A program made the translations under genes and the position numbers. Below are positions 36,319-46,317 of a stretch of DNA of 51,638 nt, piece by piece (positions within the stretch are counted from its first letter, which is position 1; each line of letters starts with the position of its first letter). The stretch is from an uncultured Candidatus Saccharibacteria bacterium (lineage in GTDB: Bacteria > Patescibacteriota > Minisyncoccia > Phycocordibacterales > UBA6899): contig CAZUMX010000003.1 of NCBI GenBank assembly GCA_964622275.1, positions 1 to 51,638 on the forward strand, given 5' to 3'. A model generated the notes under the pieces. It was not told the DNA's origin. It did not search any database and worked only from the letters and a program-made list of their open reading frames with translations.

Positions 36319-37038
36319 ATGATTGATCTCAATATTGGAACCGCACTTATCGCAGGCATCCTCACATTTTTGGCGCCATGTACGCTTCCGCTCCTTCCGG
36401 CATTTTTGGGGCTTACAACTGGAGCTGGACTCGACTCACGACGGAATGTTTTTTTGCGTGCTCTCGGATTTGTGCTCGGGTTTATCTTCGTGTTTATGAT
36501 ATTCGGTCTCTTTGCGGGATCTTTTGGAGGCTTTTTTATTGCTCACCGTGACTCCCTGATGCGCATGGGAGGAGCCATTGTTGTCCTCTTTTCACTCCTT
36601 CTTCTTGGAGTCATTCATGTCCCTGCGCTTGCATCTCGCGTCGCTCCTCGTATTTCGCTCCCAGCAGTGAGGTCTCCATTTTCAGCATTCTTGGTAGGTC
36701 TTGCCTTCGCAGCAGGGTGGACCCCATGTCTCGGTCCAATTCTTGGGTCGATCCTCGTCATCGCTTCAACGGAAGGGACGGCACTACGCGGAGCGATACT
36801 TCTTATGGTCTACGGCCTTGGGATCGGTATTCCATTTCTCTTATTTGCTCTAGGGTTTTCTGAAGCAGCATTCCGGTCCGCGTGGTTCCTTAGGGTTTCT
36901 TCTTGGATTTCAATTGCAGGAGGAGTATTTCTTCTCGTGCTCGGCCTCGCATTACTCTTTGGATTTTGGGGCACTCTGGTCTCGTTCCTATCGTCACTCT
37001 CATTCTTTCATAGAGCAATGTTCATGGGACAGGTATAA
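36319..37038 (+). CDS. ccdA: CcdA/DsbD-family thiol-disulfide electron transporter
   Basis: Six hydrophobic helices. Conserved LAPCTLPLLP and WTPCLGPILG motifs, each carrying a cysteine. Confidence 0.85.
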   Translation: MIDLNIGTALIAGILTFLAPCTLPLLPAFLGLTTGAGLDSRRNVFLRALGFVLGFIFVFMIFGLFAGSFGGFFIAHRDSLMRMGGAIVVLFSLLLLGVIHVPALASRVAPRISLPAVRSPFSAFLVGLAFAAGWTPCLGPILGSILVIASTEGTALRGAILLMVYGLGIGIPFLLFALGFSEAAFRSAWFLRVSSWISIAGGVFLLVLGLALLFGFWGTLVSFLSSLSFFHRAMFMGQV

Positions 37039-37130
37039 TTCAGGCCATTTTTTGAGCCGCATAGTTATGTCCCCACAAGGGGATTGTCACTATGTGTTGC
37101 TTTCTTCTGTGAGGAGGTACAATAGTATAT

Positions 37131-37595
37131 ATGGATAAGAAAAATACTCGAATGATCGTCATTGTTCTCGTCGTCGCGCTACTCGCACTTTTCTACGTAT
37201 TTTTCCGCGGCGCTACGATCCCACAAGAACCTACCAGTGTCACTCCTCCGGTAAACGATATTGCTGTCCCCGCACTGATTACTGCAAAACACGCATATCG
37301 TAACGGAGAACATTTGCTCGCTGGAGAGATCAATCTCCCAACCCCATGCCATCTTTTGGAACACACTGTGACAATTCTGCCAGATGGAAGCCGTGCAACG
37401 ATAGCCTTTGTACGAAGCTTTAAAGGAGGGGAATGTCCAGGAGGTGAGGTACCTGCTCGGTTTTTTGTACATTTTCCGGCGGGTACCACAACCGCACTAA
37501 GGACAACCGTCGACGGGAAGGATGTCCCGCTCTCGCTTATTGAAGCTGCTCCAAATGAGGACCTAGAACACACTGAAATATTTTTGAAAGGGTAA
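37131..37595 (+). CDS. Membrane-anchored hypothetical protein (154 aa)
   Basis: N-terminal TM (MIVIVLVVALLALFYVFF) and two Cys in the exported part. Lies after ccdA. No motif recognised. Confidence 0.55.
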   Translation: MDKKNTRMIVIVLVVALLALFYVFFRGATIPQEPTSVTPPVNDIAVPALITAKHAYRNGEHLLAGEINLPTPCHLLEHTVTILPDGSRATIAFVRSFKGGECPGGEVPARFFVHFPAGTTTALRTTVDGKDVPLSLIEAAPNEDLEHTEIFLKG

Positions 37596-37668
37596 GTTTT
37601 CCACTTTTATATAAAGTTTTCCCCAGTAAATTTGTCCAAGCCCTGATACAATAAAGAAGTTCCTTCAT

Positions 37669-38889
37669 ATGGCAAGGCAGAACCTTCGCGTCCTTATGTT
37701 TGGTTGGGAGTTTCCTCCACACAATAGTGGGGGCTTGGGGACCGCGTGCTATGGACTCACAAAAGCACTTGCAACCGCTAAAACAAAAATTATTTTTGTT
37801 CTCCCAAAAGAACTTCCGGGACTTCACCACAACTTTCTTGATATTCGATTTGCGAATCTAGAAAAAATAAAATTTTCTCGTGTAGGAGTTCTCCTACATC
37901 CTTACGTTACCTCATCATCTTATCTTGAGGAACTTGAACGTACTGGGAAGGTCGGAATGTACGGACTTCATTTGTTTGAAGAGGTGAAGCGTTACGGGGA
38001 TCTCGCTCGCGCGTTGGCGAAACGAGAGCAGTTTGATGTCATTCACGCACATGACTGGCTTTCTTTTGCTGCTGGCGTTGCCGCCAAGGAGATCTCAGGG
38101 AAGCCCCTCATCGTCCATGTCCATGCGACGGAGTTTGATCGTACAGCAGGGCATCCCAATCAGCATATTTATGATGCAGAGCGTAAAGGCATGCATGCCG
38201 CTGACTGCATTATTGCGGTTTCTCATCACACAAAAAACACCATCATTCAGCATTACGGTATTTCCCCTGACAAGGTTTCTGTCGTCCACAACGGAATCGA
38301 TATTGATGAACATGTTGCCACAATTGATGACACCCTAAAGTGGATTCGTGATGCAGGGAAGCAGATCGTCCTCTTTGTTGGACGTATCACCATTCAGAAA
38401 GGACCTGATTATTTTGTAAAGGCGGCTCGTAGAGTCCTTGATGTGAATCCAAACGTAATGTTTGTTGTTTCAGGAAGCGGAGACATGGAGGGTCAAATGA
38501 TTCGCCTTGCTTCTGAGATGGGGATCTCCGATCGATTCTTTTTCACTGGTTTTCTGCGAGGAAACGAACTTCTCCGCCTCTACCGTGCTGCAGACCTCTT
38601 TGTGATGCCATCGGTATCAGAGCCTTTCGGCATCACTCCTCTCGAAGCTCTTGCGAACCACACGCCAGTCCTCATTTCGAAGCAGTCAGGTGTGGCAGAA
38701 GTGCTTCCAAATGCGCTCAAAAGTGATTTTTGGGACACCGATGATATGGCTGACAAGATCCTCACGGTCCTTCGCGAGCGCCACCTTCACCAAGCACTTA
38801 AAGAATATGGCCATGAGGATGCTCGTCGTGCGACTTGGGAGGAGGCTGCAGGAAAATGTATGGTATTATACGAACAAATTGCGAGGTGA
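37669..38889 (+). CDS. GT-B glycosyltransferase, glycogen/alpha-glucan synthase-like
   Basis: N-terminus LRVLMFGWEFPPHNSGGLGTACYGL (KxGGL-like) and an E-x7-E region (PSVSEPFGITPLEALA). Lies next to GH57/GH15 genes. Confidence 0.8.
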   Translation: MARQNLRVLMFGWEFPPHNSGGLGTACYGLTKALATAKTKIIFVLPKELPGLHHNFLDIRFANLEKIKFSRVGVLLHPYVTSSSYLEELERTGKVGMYGLHLFEEVKRYGDLARALAKREQFDVIHAHDWLSFAAGVAAKEISGKPLIVHVHATEFDRTAGHPNQHIYDAERKGMHAADCIIAVSHHTKNTIIQHYGISPDKVSVVHNGIDIDEHVATIDDTLKWIRDAGKQIVLFVGRITIQKGPDYFVKAARRVLDVNPNVMFVVSGSGDMEGQMIRLASEMGISDRFFFTGFLRGNELLRLYRAADLFVMPSVSEPFGITPLEALANHTPVLISKQSGVAEVLPNALKSDFWDTDDMADKILTVLRERHLHQALKEYGHEDARRATWEEAAGKCMVLYEQIAR

Positions 38890-38904
38890 TATTTTTTCGA
38901 CCCT

Positions 38905-40377
38905 ATGCCATCCGTTGTTTTTTACTTTCAAGTCCATCAGCCGTATCGGCTCAAGCGATATCGCGTCTTTGATATAGGAAAGGATCATCACTATTTTAAT
39001 GATGAAGGGGAGCGCGACACAAACAATCGTAAGGTCTTTCGCAAGGTTGCAGAAAAATGTTATTTGCCTGCAAATGCTGTATGGCTCGATCTTCTCAAAA
39101 AGCATCCCGATCTCAAGATTACCTATTCACTCTCTGGTGTATTCATGGAGCAAATGGAAGATTGGGGTCCTGATGTTCTTGAGTCTTTCCGTAAACTTAT
39201 TGCGACTGGACAAGTTGAGATATTGAGCGAAACATACTGTCACTCGCTTTCATTCCTCTATTCAAAAGCTGAATTTGTCGAACAGGTGTGCATGCATCGA
39301 GATAAAGTGAAGTCACTTTTTGGTGTTACTCCTTCGAGTTTTCGAAACACTGAACTCATATATCACAATGACCTTGCCGAATTTCTTTCGTCCAAAGAAG
39401 CCGAAGAGCAGATTGGAATTCGATACAAAGCCATTCTTGCAGAGGGTGCAGATCATGTGCTCGGATGGCGAAGCCCTAACTTTGTGTACTCTCCACCAAA
39501 AGGGAATATCAAACTTCTTCTCAAAAACTACCGCCTCTCAGATGATATTGCTTTTCGTTTTTCATCTCGTGCATGGAGCGAGTGGCCACTTTCATCAGAA
39601 AAATTTGCACAGTGGGTCAATGCGGTCAATGGCAATGGGACCGTTGTAAATCTCTTCATGGACTATGAAACATTTGGTGAGCATCAGTGGGAAGACACAG
39701 GAATTTTCCATTTCCTCCGAGCGCTCCCCGGAGAAATATTGAAGCATCCAGACAATAATTTCAAAACTGTTTCTGAAGCAGCAGATATGTATCCATCTGT
39801 CGGATCTGTCGATGTTCCTCATTATATGAGCTGGGCAGATGTCGAACGCGATCTTTCTGCGTGGCTCGGAAATGGGATTCAACACGATGCGATAGGGAAA
39901 ATTTTCGCCATGCGTGACGAGGTCATGTCTACCGGGGATACTGCGCTCATTACAGATTGGAGAAAACTTACAACGAGCGATCATTTTTATTACATGTGTA
40001 CAAAATGGTGGAGCGATGGAGACGTTCATAAATATTTCTCACCATACGAAAGTCCGTACGATGCGTTTATCGCATATGCGAACGTTCTTCAGGATATGCG
40101 GATGCGGTTAATAGAAGATCAAGAAAAGCGCCGCTCACCATTTCAGATTACTAAAGGGGGAGAATCGAAGCTTCACCATACACAACATGAATCACAAGCA
40201 CCCTATGTTGTGAATACTCCTCCCTCACATTCGAACAAACACGAACATGCTCATTCAGAAGGTATGCATGAAGATAATTTACCATCGCCAATTCAGGTGA
40301 ACGTGAAGACTGCAAAGCAAATTCAGGTCCTTCATGAGGGGCGAAGAACGCTCCATCGTAAGCCTCGTAAAACATAA
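38905..40377 (+). CDS. Glycoside hydrolase family 57 (alpha-amylase/glucanotransferase type) with His-rich tail
   Basis: N-terminal FYFQVHQPYR signature and a GH57-like layout. The C-terminal ~90 aa are low-complexity and His-rich. Confidence 0.8.
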   Translation: MPSVVFYFQVHQPYRLKRYRVFDIGKDHHYFNDEGERDTNNRKVFRKVAEKCYLPANAVWLDLLKKHPDLKITYSLSGVFMEQMEDWGPDVLESFRKLIATGQVEILSETYCHSLSFLYSKAEFVEQVCMHRDKVKSLFGVTPSSFRNTELIYHNDLAEFLSSKEAEEQIGIRYKAILAEGADHVLGWRSPNFVYSPPKGNIKLLLKNYRLSDDIAFRFSSRAWSEWPLSSEKFAQWVNAVNGNGTVVNLFMDYETFGEHQWEDTGIFHFLRALPGEILKHPDNNFKTVSEAADMYPSVGSVDVPHYMSWADVERDLSAWLGNGIQHDAIGKIFAMRDEVMSTGDTALITDWRKLTTSDHFYYMCTKWWSDGDVHKYFSPYESPYDAFIAYANVLQDMRMRLIEDQEKRRSPFQITKGGESKLHHTQHESQAPYVVNTPPSHSNKHEHAHSEGMHEDNLPSPIQVNVKTAKQIQVLHEGRRTLHRKPRKT

Positions 40378-40384
40378 GTATTGT

Positions 40385-42379
40385 ATGCCTCGCGCCTTTT
40401 CTTACGGCAATCGGCATGTTCTCGTTCTCCTTGATCGTTTTGCACGGATACGAGATTTTTATTATCCCTACGTAGGGCTTGAGAACCACATCGCCGGACG
40501 CCTCGCACACAATATTGGTGTGTTTGTCGAAGGACAGTTCTCTTGGACACATAGTGGCGAGTGGACGATTCGCACAAGCGTTGATGTGGGATGGACAGGG
40601 ACAATTCGTTTAGAGCACCCCCGACTCCGAGTAGTGGTGACATTTGAAGATTCGCTCTATCATGAAAAAGATATTTTTCTACGACGCATCACCATTGAGA
40701 ATCTAGAAAAAAGAGAGCGAACGATCAAAGTATTTTTTAACCAGCAATTTGAGCTCTATCATAGCGAGCGTGGAGATACGGCGTATTTCGATCCACGGGA
40801 TAATGCCGTGATTCATTATGAGGGTCGCCGAGTCTTTCATATTTACGCACGGGTAGGCGCAACGCCCTTTGATGAATACACAACAGGTATTTTCCATATC
40901 GAAGGAAAAGAGGGGACATACAAGGATGCTGAAGATGGCGTCCTTCAAAAAAATCCCATTGAACACGGAAGCGTTGACTCAACAATCGGTCTGACATTTC
41001 AAGTTGAGGCAGAAAAGAAAAAACAAGGTGAATATTGGATTACTGTAGGAGAGTCTATTGAAGATGCAAAAGCGCTGCATGAAGAAGTCCTTCAGATGGG
41101 GACAGAACATGTCAGTGCCGGAAGTCATGATTTTTGGAAAGCATGGGTAGACCGGTACCCCAATCGATTTTATGGATTATCAGAAGGAGCTGTTGAACTC
41201 TTTAAAAAATCGCAGCTCTACCTCAGAAGTCATGTTGATCGGCACGGTGCAGTGATTGCATCGGGAGACACGGACATGCTCGAATCTGGCCGTGATACGT
41301 ATGCGTATGTGTGGCCTCGTGATGCTGCTTTTGCGACCGTTGCCCTCGACCAAATCGGCGATCGACACAGTGCTCGGCGCTTCTTTGAATTTGCCGCAAA
41401 AACAATGAAACCTGAAGGGTATTTCATGCACCGCAATCGATCAGATGGATCGCTAGGGTCTTCCTGGCATCCATGGATTATTGATGGGAAAACCGAACTC
41501 CCGATTCAAGAAGATGAAACTGCGCTCATTCTTTGGGCACTCTGGCAGCACTATGAAATGACACGCGATCTTGAGTTTATCGAATCGCTGTATCACACAA
41601 TGATTTTGCCTGCTGCGAAGTTTCTTTTGAACTATCGCGACCCGTATACCGGGCTCCCAAAACAAAGCTACAATCTGTGGGAAGAAAAATGGGGTGTACA
41701 TACATTTACTGCGGCAAGTGTCTATGCTGGGCTTGAGGCCGCTGCTGAATTTTCTGGACTGTTGGGGCACACACGAAACGAACACAATTTCCGTCATACT
41801 GCGACAGAAGTATCTCGGTCTATTATGAATCACCTGTATGATGATCGGTCTGGGCTTTTTTGGAAGACCATTGTCACCAATGATCATGGATCATTCACCC
41901 AGTACGAGACTCAACCCGATGCATCAAGTGCGTATGGGGTATATGTCTTTGGCGTGCTTCCTCCCGGTGACGCTCGTCTTGATCGTGCGTTTGAACACAC
42001 CATAGAGCGTTTAACACTCCATACTCCAGTCGGTGGGATCGCTCGGTATGCAGGAGACCAATACTATCGCATAGCCCCTAATGAGCCAGGGAACCCATGG
42101 ATCATTACATCGCTATGGATGGCTCAGTATACAATCGAGAAAGCGCGATCAGACGCAGACCTCGATCGTGCGCGAGAGTGGCTCAACTGGTGCGTGGATA
42201 TTGCCGGGCCCACCGGAATTCTTCCAGAGCAAATGAATCCGTACACGAAGGATCATCTCTCTGCGGCACCGTTAACATGGAGTCACGCTGAATATATTCG
42301 CACCGTTGTTCTGTATTTAAACAAGCTACGATCACTGAACATTATTCCCCAAGAGCCTTCCTTCGGGCATAATATGTAA
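40385..42379 (+). CDS. Glycoside hydrolase family 15 (glucoamylase/glucodextranase-like)
   Basis: ATG at 40385. (alpha/alpha)6 catalytic-domain motifs YVWPRDAAF and NLWEEKWG, with an N-terminal beta-sandwich domain. Confidence 0.85.
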   Translation: MPRAFSYGNRHVLVLLDRFARIRDFYYPYVGLENHIAGRLAHNIGVFVEGQFSWTHSGEWTIRTSVDVGWTGTIRLEHPRLRVVVTFEDSLYHEKDIFLRRITIENLEKRERTIKVFFNQQFELYHSERGDTAYFDPRDNAVIHYEGRRVFHIYARVGATPFDEYTTGIFHIEGKEGTYKDAEDGVLQKNPIEHGSVDSTIGLTFQVEAEKKKQGEYWITVGESIEDAKALHEEVLQMGTEHVSAGSHDFWKAWVDRYPNRFYGLSEGAVELFKKSQLYLRSHVDRHGAVIASGDTDMLESGRDTYAYVWPRDAAFATVALDQIGDRHSARRFFEFAAKTMKPEGYFMHRNRSDGSLGSSWHPWIIDGKTELPIQEDETALILWALWQHYEMTRDLEFIESLYHTMILPAAKFLLNYRDPYTGLPKQSYNLWEEKWGVHTFTAASVYAGLEAAAEFSGLLGHTRNEHNFRHTATEVSRSIMNHLYDDRSGLFWKTIVTNDHGSFTQYETQPDASSAYGVYVFGVLPPGDARLDRAFEHTIERLTLHTPVGGIARYAGDQYYRIAPNEPGNPWIITSLWMAQYTIEKARSDADLDRAREWLNWCVDIAGPTGILPEQMNPYTKDHLSAAPLTWSHAEYIRTVVLYLNKLRSLNIIPQEPSFGHNM

Positions 42380-42387
42380 AGATATCT

Positions 42388-43647
42388 ATGATGATCTATC
42401 CAACATGGAAAGAAACAATGCGTATTCCCGAGTCTGCTCTTCGAGAGCTCTCACTTCGACTTGGAGAAAAACGACGTGACATCGTCCAGAGAAAATCTCG
42501 CGCAGACAGTATCCATCATCAATATGCACCACTGCTCCTGCCGTTTCAAAAGACTATTCGTGATATGGCAGAACGTCTTGTCGATGTTGTTGGGGAGCCA
42601 CAACTCCTTATTCTCATAGGAATTGGAGGATCATCACTAGGGACAGAAGCCATCGTTGATGCACTCGGGCTTCGCCGCCGTGTGATGGTGTTTGACACTC
42701 TTGTTCCTGAACGGCTAACACTTCTTGAAGAGCGCCTGGTTGAAGAGCGCCTTGAGCGTGGAGATATTCTTGTTGTCACGATATCTAAATCTGGTGAAAC
42801 AACCGAGACTGACGCCAACACCACAGCCGTTTTGACGATCCTTGAGGCAAAATATGGAGATATTCGTGATCGTGTTATTGCGATCTCAGGGGAAGGAACA
42901 CCCCTTGATGCACGTGCGAGAGAAAATGGTTGGAAATTCTTTGGAATACCAAAAGCGGTTGGAGGTCGGTATAGTGTGTTCAGTGCCGTTGGGCTCATTC
43001 CTTTAAGACTCCTTGGAGTTGATATCGACGCTTTGCTCCGAGGCGCCCAAGAGTATCTTGAGGGAGCATGGAAATCACCAATATTTTCTGACCCTGGTTC
43101 TGTGCTCGCAGCGCTGACATACGTGATGCATGAAAAGGGCGTCCACAGAGAGATTGATTTTTATTTTGACCCTCGCCTTGAGACCCTCGGAAAGTGGCAA
43201 AGACAACTCATCGCTGAATCAACGGGAAAACGTTTGGGGTCAAAGCGTGTGGGGGTTTTGCCTGAAGTCGCTCTGGGTTCCACAGATCTTCACTCGATTG
43301 AACAGTATGTCATTGATGGCCCACGAGATCTGTTCTTGGTCATTCATAGTGTCACGTTGCGCAGAGATGTCGCGCCATCCGTCTACCACGGCAAAACATT
43401 AGCAGAACTTCGCGAGATTGTTGTTCGTGGTCTACAGATGTCTTATCGCGATGCAGGAGTTCTGCATTGTCATCTTTCTTTTGGTGAAGTGAACGAAAAA
43501 ACACTCGGTGCGTTCATGGCCATGCGCATGGAATCAACCATCCTTCTTGCACACTTACTGTCTGTTGATCCATTTGATCAACCGGGTGTGGAGTCTTACA
43601 AAACGCACACACGAGCCCTCCTCGGGAAGAAGCGCGAAGAAGTCTAA
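42388..43647 (+). CDS. pgi: Glucose-6-phosphate isomerase (short SIS-type)
   Basis: GIGGSSLG, ISKSGETTET and GGRYSVFSAVGL motifs. Confidence 0.85.
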   Translation: MMIYPTWKETMRIPESALRELSLRLGEKRRDIVQRKSRADSIHHQYAPLLLPFQKTIRDMAERLVDVVGEPQLLILIGIGGSSLGTEAIVDALGLRRRVMVFDTLVPERLTLLEERLVEERLERGDILVVTISKSGETTETDANTTAVLTILEAKYGDIRDRVIAISGEGTPLDARARENGWKFFGIPKAVGGRYSVFSAVGLIPLRLLGVDIDALLRGAQEYLEGAWKSPIFSDPGSVLAALTYVMHEKGVHREIDFYFDPRLETLGKWQRQLIAESTGKRLGSKRVGVLPEVALGSTDLHSIEQYVIDGPRDLFLVIHSVTLRRDVAPSVYHGKTLAELREIVVRGLQMSYRDAGVLHCHLSFGEVNEKTLGAFMAMRMESTILLAHLLSVDPFDQPGVESYKTHTRALLGKKREEV

Positions 43648-43658
43648 TACACGCAACT

Positions 43659-44510
43659 ATGTATATTGTTTTTGATATTGGTGGAACAAAAATGCGTATA
43701 GCGAGAAGTGATGATGCACAAAATTTTGCGGAACCCGTCATTCTCGATACGCCAAAAGATTTTGATCTTGGGATGGAAGCATTTGCGAAAGCATTTGAGA
43801 CTCTCTCTAGAGGTGAAACCCCGCTTGGTGTCGCAGGCGGTATTGCGGGTCCGCTCAATAAAGAAAAATCCACGCTCGTCGGCGCCCCAAATCTTCCTGG
43901 GTGGATTGGAAAACCTCTTAAGGCTCGCTTATCTGAGATTGCCAAATGTGCAGTCTCAATCGAAAACGACACAGCGATGGTTGGTCTCGGAGAGGCACAT
44001 GTGGGAGCAGGGAAGGATGCGCCGATTGTTGCGTATATCACGATTTCTACAGGGGTGGGTGGTGTGAGACTCGTGAACGGTCGTATCGATGTTTCTGCAT
44101 ATGGCTTTGAACCAGGGCACCAAATTATCGATGCGGGAGGAAAACTCAGAGAAACCAGCGTGGGGGGGCAAGGAATCGATTTTGAAGGAATGGTATCTGG
44201 AACATCACTGACACAACGGTATGGAAAAAAGCCCTATGAACTTACCGACGATGCTTTTTGGGACGAGATGGCGCGCGTTACCGCATACGGGATCAATAAC
44301 ACAATTGTTCACTGGTCGCCGCACGTCGTCGTTCTTGGGGGATCAATGATGAAAAAAATTGGGATTAAGGCAGAGCGCGTCGCTGAATACCTTCGAGGCA
44401 TTCTTCATGTATTTCCAGAACATCCACGACTCGTCCATTCTGAACTTGGCGATCTGGGAGGACTTCATGGGTCACTCGCATATCTTCGTGGACTTTCAAA
44501 AGGGGGATAA
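43659..44510 (+). CDS. ROK-like/ASKHA sugar kinase (putative glucokinase)
   Basis: MYIVFDIGGTKMRIA phosphate-1 motif and GLGEAHVGAG. The ROK CxCGxxGC zinc motif is absent, so the exact family is uncertain. Confidence 0.7.
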   Translation: MYIVFDIGGTKMRIARSDDAQNFAEPVILDTPKDFDLGMEAFAKAFETLSRGETPLGVAGGIAGPLNKEKSTLVGAPNLPGWIGKPLKARLSEIAKCAVSIENDTAMVGLGEAHVGAGKDAPIVAYITISTGVGGVRLVNGRIDVSAYGFEPGHQIIDAGGKLRETSVGGQGIDFEGMVSGTSLTQRYGKKPYELTDDAFWDEMARVTAYGINNTIVHWSPHVVVLGGSMMKKIGIKAERVAEYLRGILHVFPEHPRLVHSELGDLGGLHGSLAYLRGLSKGG

Positions 44511-44595
44511 CTCTCCTTCTTCCGCTTTTCATTTTGTGTGCAGGTTGTAAACTTTCTTCCAGTCTCTTGTTCTTCATAGGTGTGGAGGGAAGGTT

Positions 44596-45003
44596 ATGAG
44601 CATGCCAAGACGTCGCGCGTTGCACCGTGAAGTAGAAGAACCTCCAGGGAACGCAGAAATAGTCGAAGGGAATGTGCAAGGCGAAGATAGCGATCAGATT
44701 CTTGCTCGAGAGTATGTCTTTCGAGTGATCCTTGGGCGAGGGCAGCGTCGCTCTATCAGAACTGTCGATGCTGATTCGCAACTCAAGCGAGTGGCATTGA
44801 GTATTGTGTCTGCCCAGATCGAGCAGCATCAACGCCATCCTGAATATCTGAACCTTGTGCGCTCAGACGACCGTCGCTGTGTGCGAGAGTATGTGCACTT
44901 TCTTCGTATGACCGATGATTGCCTGAAAAGGCTGAAGAGTGGTGACGGAGAGCGTACTCGCGAAGACTTCGCACGAAGTCTTGGATACGGCGATGGGGTT
45001 TAG
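44596..45003 (+). CDS. Orphan protein A (135 aa, Arg-rich)
   Basis: GGAGGG (44585-44590) lies 5 nt before the ATG. A strong terminator follows. No motif recognised. Confidence 0.6.
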   Translation: MSMPRRRALHREVEEPPGNAEIVEGNVQGEDSDQILAREYVFRVILGRGQRRSIRTVDADSQLKRVALSIVSAQIEQHQRHPEYLNLVRSDDRRCVREYVHFLRMTDDCLKRLKSGDGERTREDFARSLGYGDGV

Positions 45004-45027
45004 TATGTAGTTGTTCATACACATATT

Positions 45028-45066
45028 GCCGCGGAGCTTTAATGCTTCGCGGCCTTTTCTTTTTCT
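45028..45066 (+). terminator. Rho-independent terminator
   Basis: 10-bp stem GCCGCGGAGC/GCTTCGCGGC (one G-U pair) with loop tttaat, followed by CTTTTCTTTTTC. Confidence 0.8.
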
Positions 45067-45113
45067 CTATTCATGATAGGAATATTGTTGGAAGCATTTC
45101 GGAGATCATTGAC

Positions 45114-45458
45114 ATGTTGCGAGTACTCCACTCACACGGATATATCATTTCTTCCAGGCTCTCACGCTCGGACCTCATGGCTATTGCTGATACACAGGTA
45201 AGTAAATTCTTTTCTGTCAGCGAGCATGAAAAGATTCGTACCGTAGTGAGCAGTTGGCGTCTTTTGTGTTTTTTGGAATTCTATTGGGGAGAGTACAAAC
45301 AGTCGTCTGTCCTTCCTCCCATAGATGCCCCAGAACTCGAAGAGGATGAGCGAGAGTGTCTTCGAAAAACTCTCGAGTATCTTCGAACGATACAAATTTT
45401 TGTTCATAGTACGTACAAGGATGTACGAAAGTTTCCAAACAACTTCACAGTACACTAA
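45114..45458 (+). CDS. Orphan protein B (114 aa)
   Basis: The ORF-track start at 45042 lies inside the terminator. ATG 45114 has GGAGA 8 nt upstream. Confidence 0.5.
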   Translation: MLRVLHSHGYIISSRLSRSDLMAIADTQVSKFFSVSEHEKIRTVVSSWRLLCFLEFYWGEYKQSSVLPPIDAPELEEDERECLRKTLEYLRTIQIFVHSTYKDVRKFPNNFTVH

Positions 45459-45465
45459 TGTGAGT

Positions 45466-45804
45466 ATGCACATGGGAACAATAGTTGCGCTCCGGCGAAC
45501 GTATAGTGAGATTTATCACACGGCTCGACGAACTGCATGGATGAGCCTAACAATATCTGAACAACAATACGTACGTATGGTTGAGAAAGACCCTATGCTC
45601 AAGGCGCTATTCAATGCACTCTGGATGGATTACAAAATTCATAAAATATTTGCTGTCCCAAGAGGATATAGTCCGCATGAAGAGCATGCACTCCATGTGA
45701 TGCACCGCTTCATCGATGAGCTCACGTATCTCATGGCAAATCTTCTTGAGGTGAAAGATCTCGTTGATGATTACAACTTTGGTCACCACCGAATGCCCGC
45801 GTAA
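45466..45804 (+). CDS. Orphan protein C (112 aa)
   Basis: The ATG lies 8 nt after the stop of B. The stop codon sits in the loop of the next terminator. Confidence 0.5.
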   Translation: MHMGTIVALRRTYSEIYHTARRTAWMSLTISEQQYVRMVEKDPMLKALFNALWMDYKIHKIFAVPRGYSPHEEHALHVMHRFIDELTYLMANLLEVKDLVDDYNFGHHRMPA

Positions 45805-45819
45805 CAGCGGGCTTTTTTT
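45795..45819 (+). terminator. Rho-independent terminator
   Basis: Stem GCCCGC/GCGGGC with loop gtaaca, followed by T7. Confidence 0.8.
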
Positions 45820-45823
45820 GACA

Positions 45824-46309
45824 ATGGTGAGGAGTCAGGTATGCTCAAGTGAGTCATGCACATTGTGTGGGGTCCGCGCTGTGAACAATGTCATATCTCT
45901 TGATTCTCGACGAAAGAAACACGTTGACGACCCATCTGTCTATCTCGGAGACCTACTCGGTGGTTCGTTGGTCCGAATTCACGAAGGTAAGAACTATTGC
46001 TACTCACTCTCTTTGTGCGCGAGCGACATCGCGTCGCTCCACGTCGCTGTGTTGATCGACTCGCCCGACGCAGTCATGGATGCTGACATCGTCGAGACGG
46101 ATGATGAAGATGACGAGGGGAATGGCTTCGTCCACATTTTCTTTCGCATGAAGAGAACCATCGAGTGTCACATCATCGAGACATATGCTGATGCCAACGC
46201 TATCATCTGCATCCTCTACATTGATGGGTATCCGGATGAGGAAGAATATCGCAACAAAGATTTCCCATGTATCTGTGAGTGGAGAAATGGGATGCTTATA
46301 CGCTTTTGA
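45824..46309 (+). CDS. Orphan protein D (about 161 aa, very acidic, Cys clusters)
   Basis: GC3-rich codon pattern throughout. Acidic run DADIVETDDEDDEGNG and Cys clusters CSSESCTLCG and CICEW. The start is uncertain because ATG 45824 lies only 5 nt after the T-run. Confidence 0.5.
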   Translation: MVRSQVCSSESCTLCGVRAVNNVISLDSRRKKHVDDPSVYLGDLLGGSLVRIHEGKNYCYSLSLCASDIASLHVAVLIDSPDAVMDADIVETDDEDDEGNGFVHIFFRMKRTIECHIIETYADANAIICILYIDGYPDEEEYRNKDFPCICEWRNGMLIRF

Positions 46310-46317
46310 TCGACATC

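Noticed and set aside
43514-44041. A 175-aa ORF antisense to the pgi/kinase junction.
   Set aside because: It spans two well-supported plus-strand genes, and its Pro/Ser/Ala-rich composition is typical of antisense frames.
44365-44838. A 157-aa minus-strand ORF spanning the kinase 3' end and orphan gene A.
   Set aside because: It overlaps the well-supported kinase C-terminus. The plus-strand gene A has a much better SD (GGAGGG) and a matching terminator.
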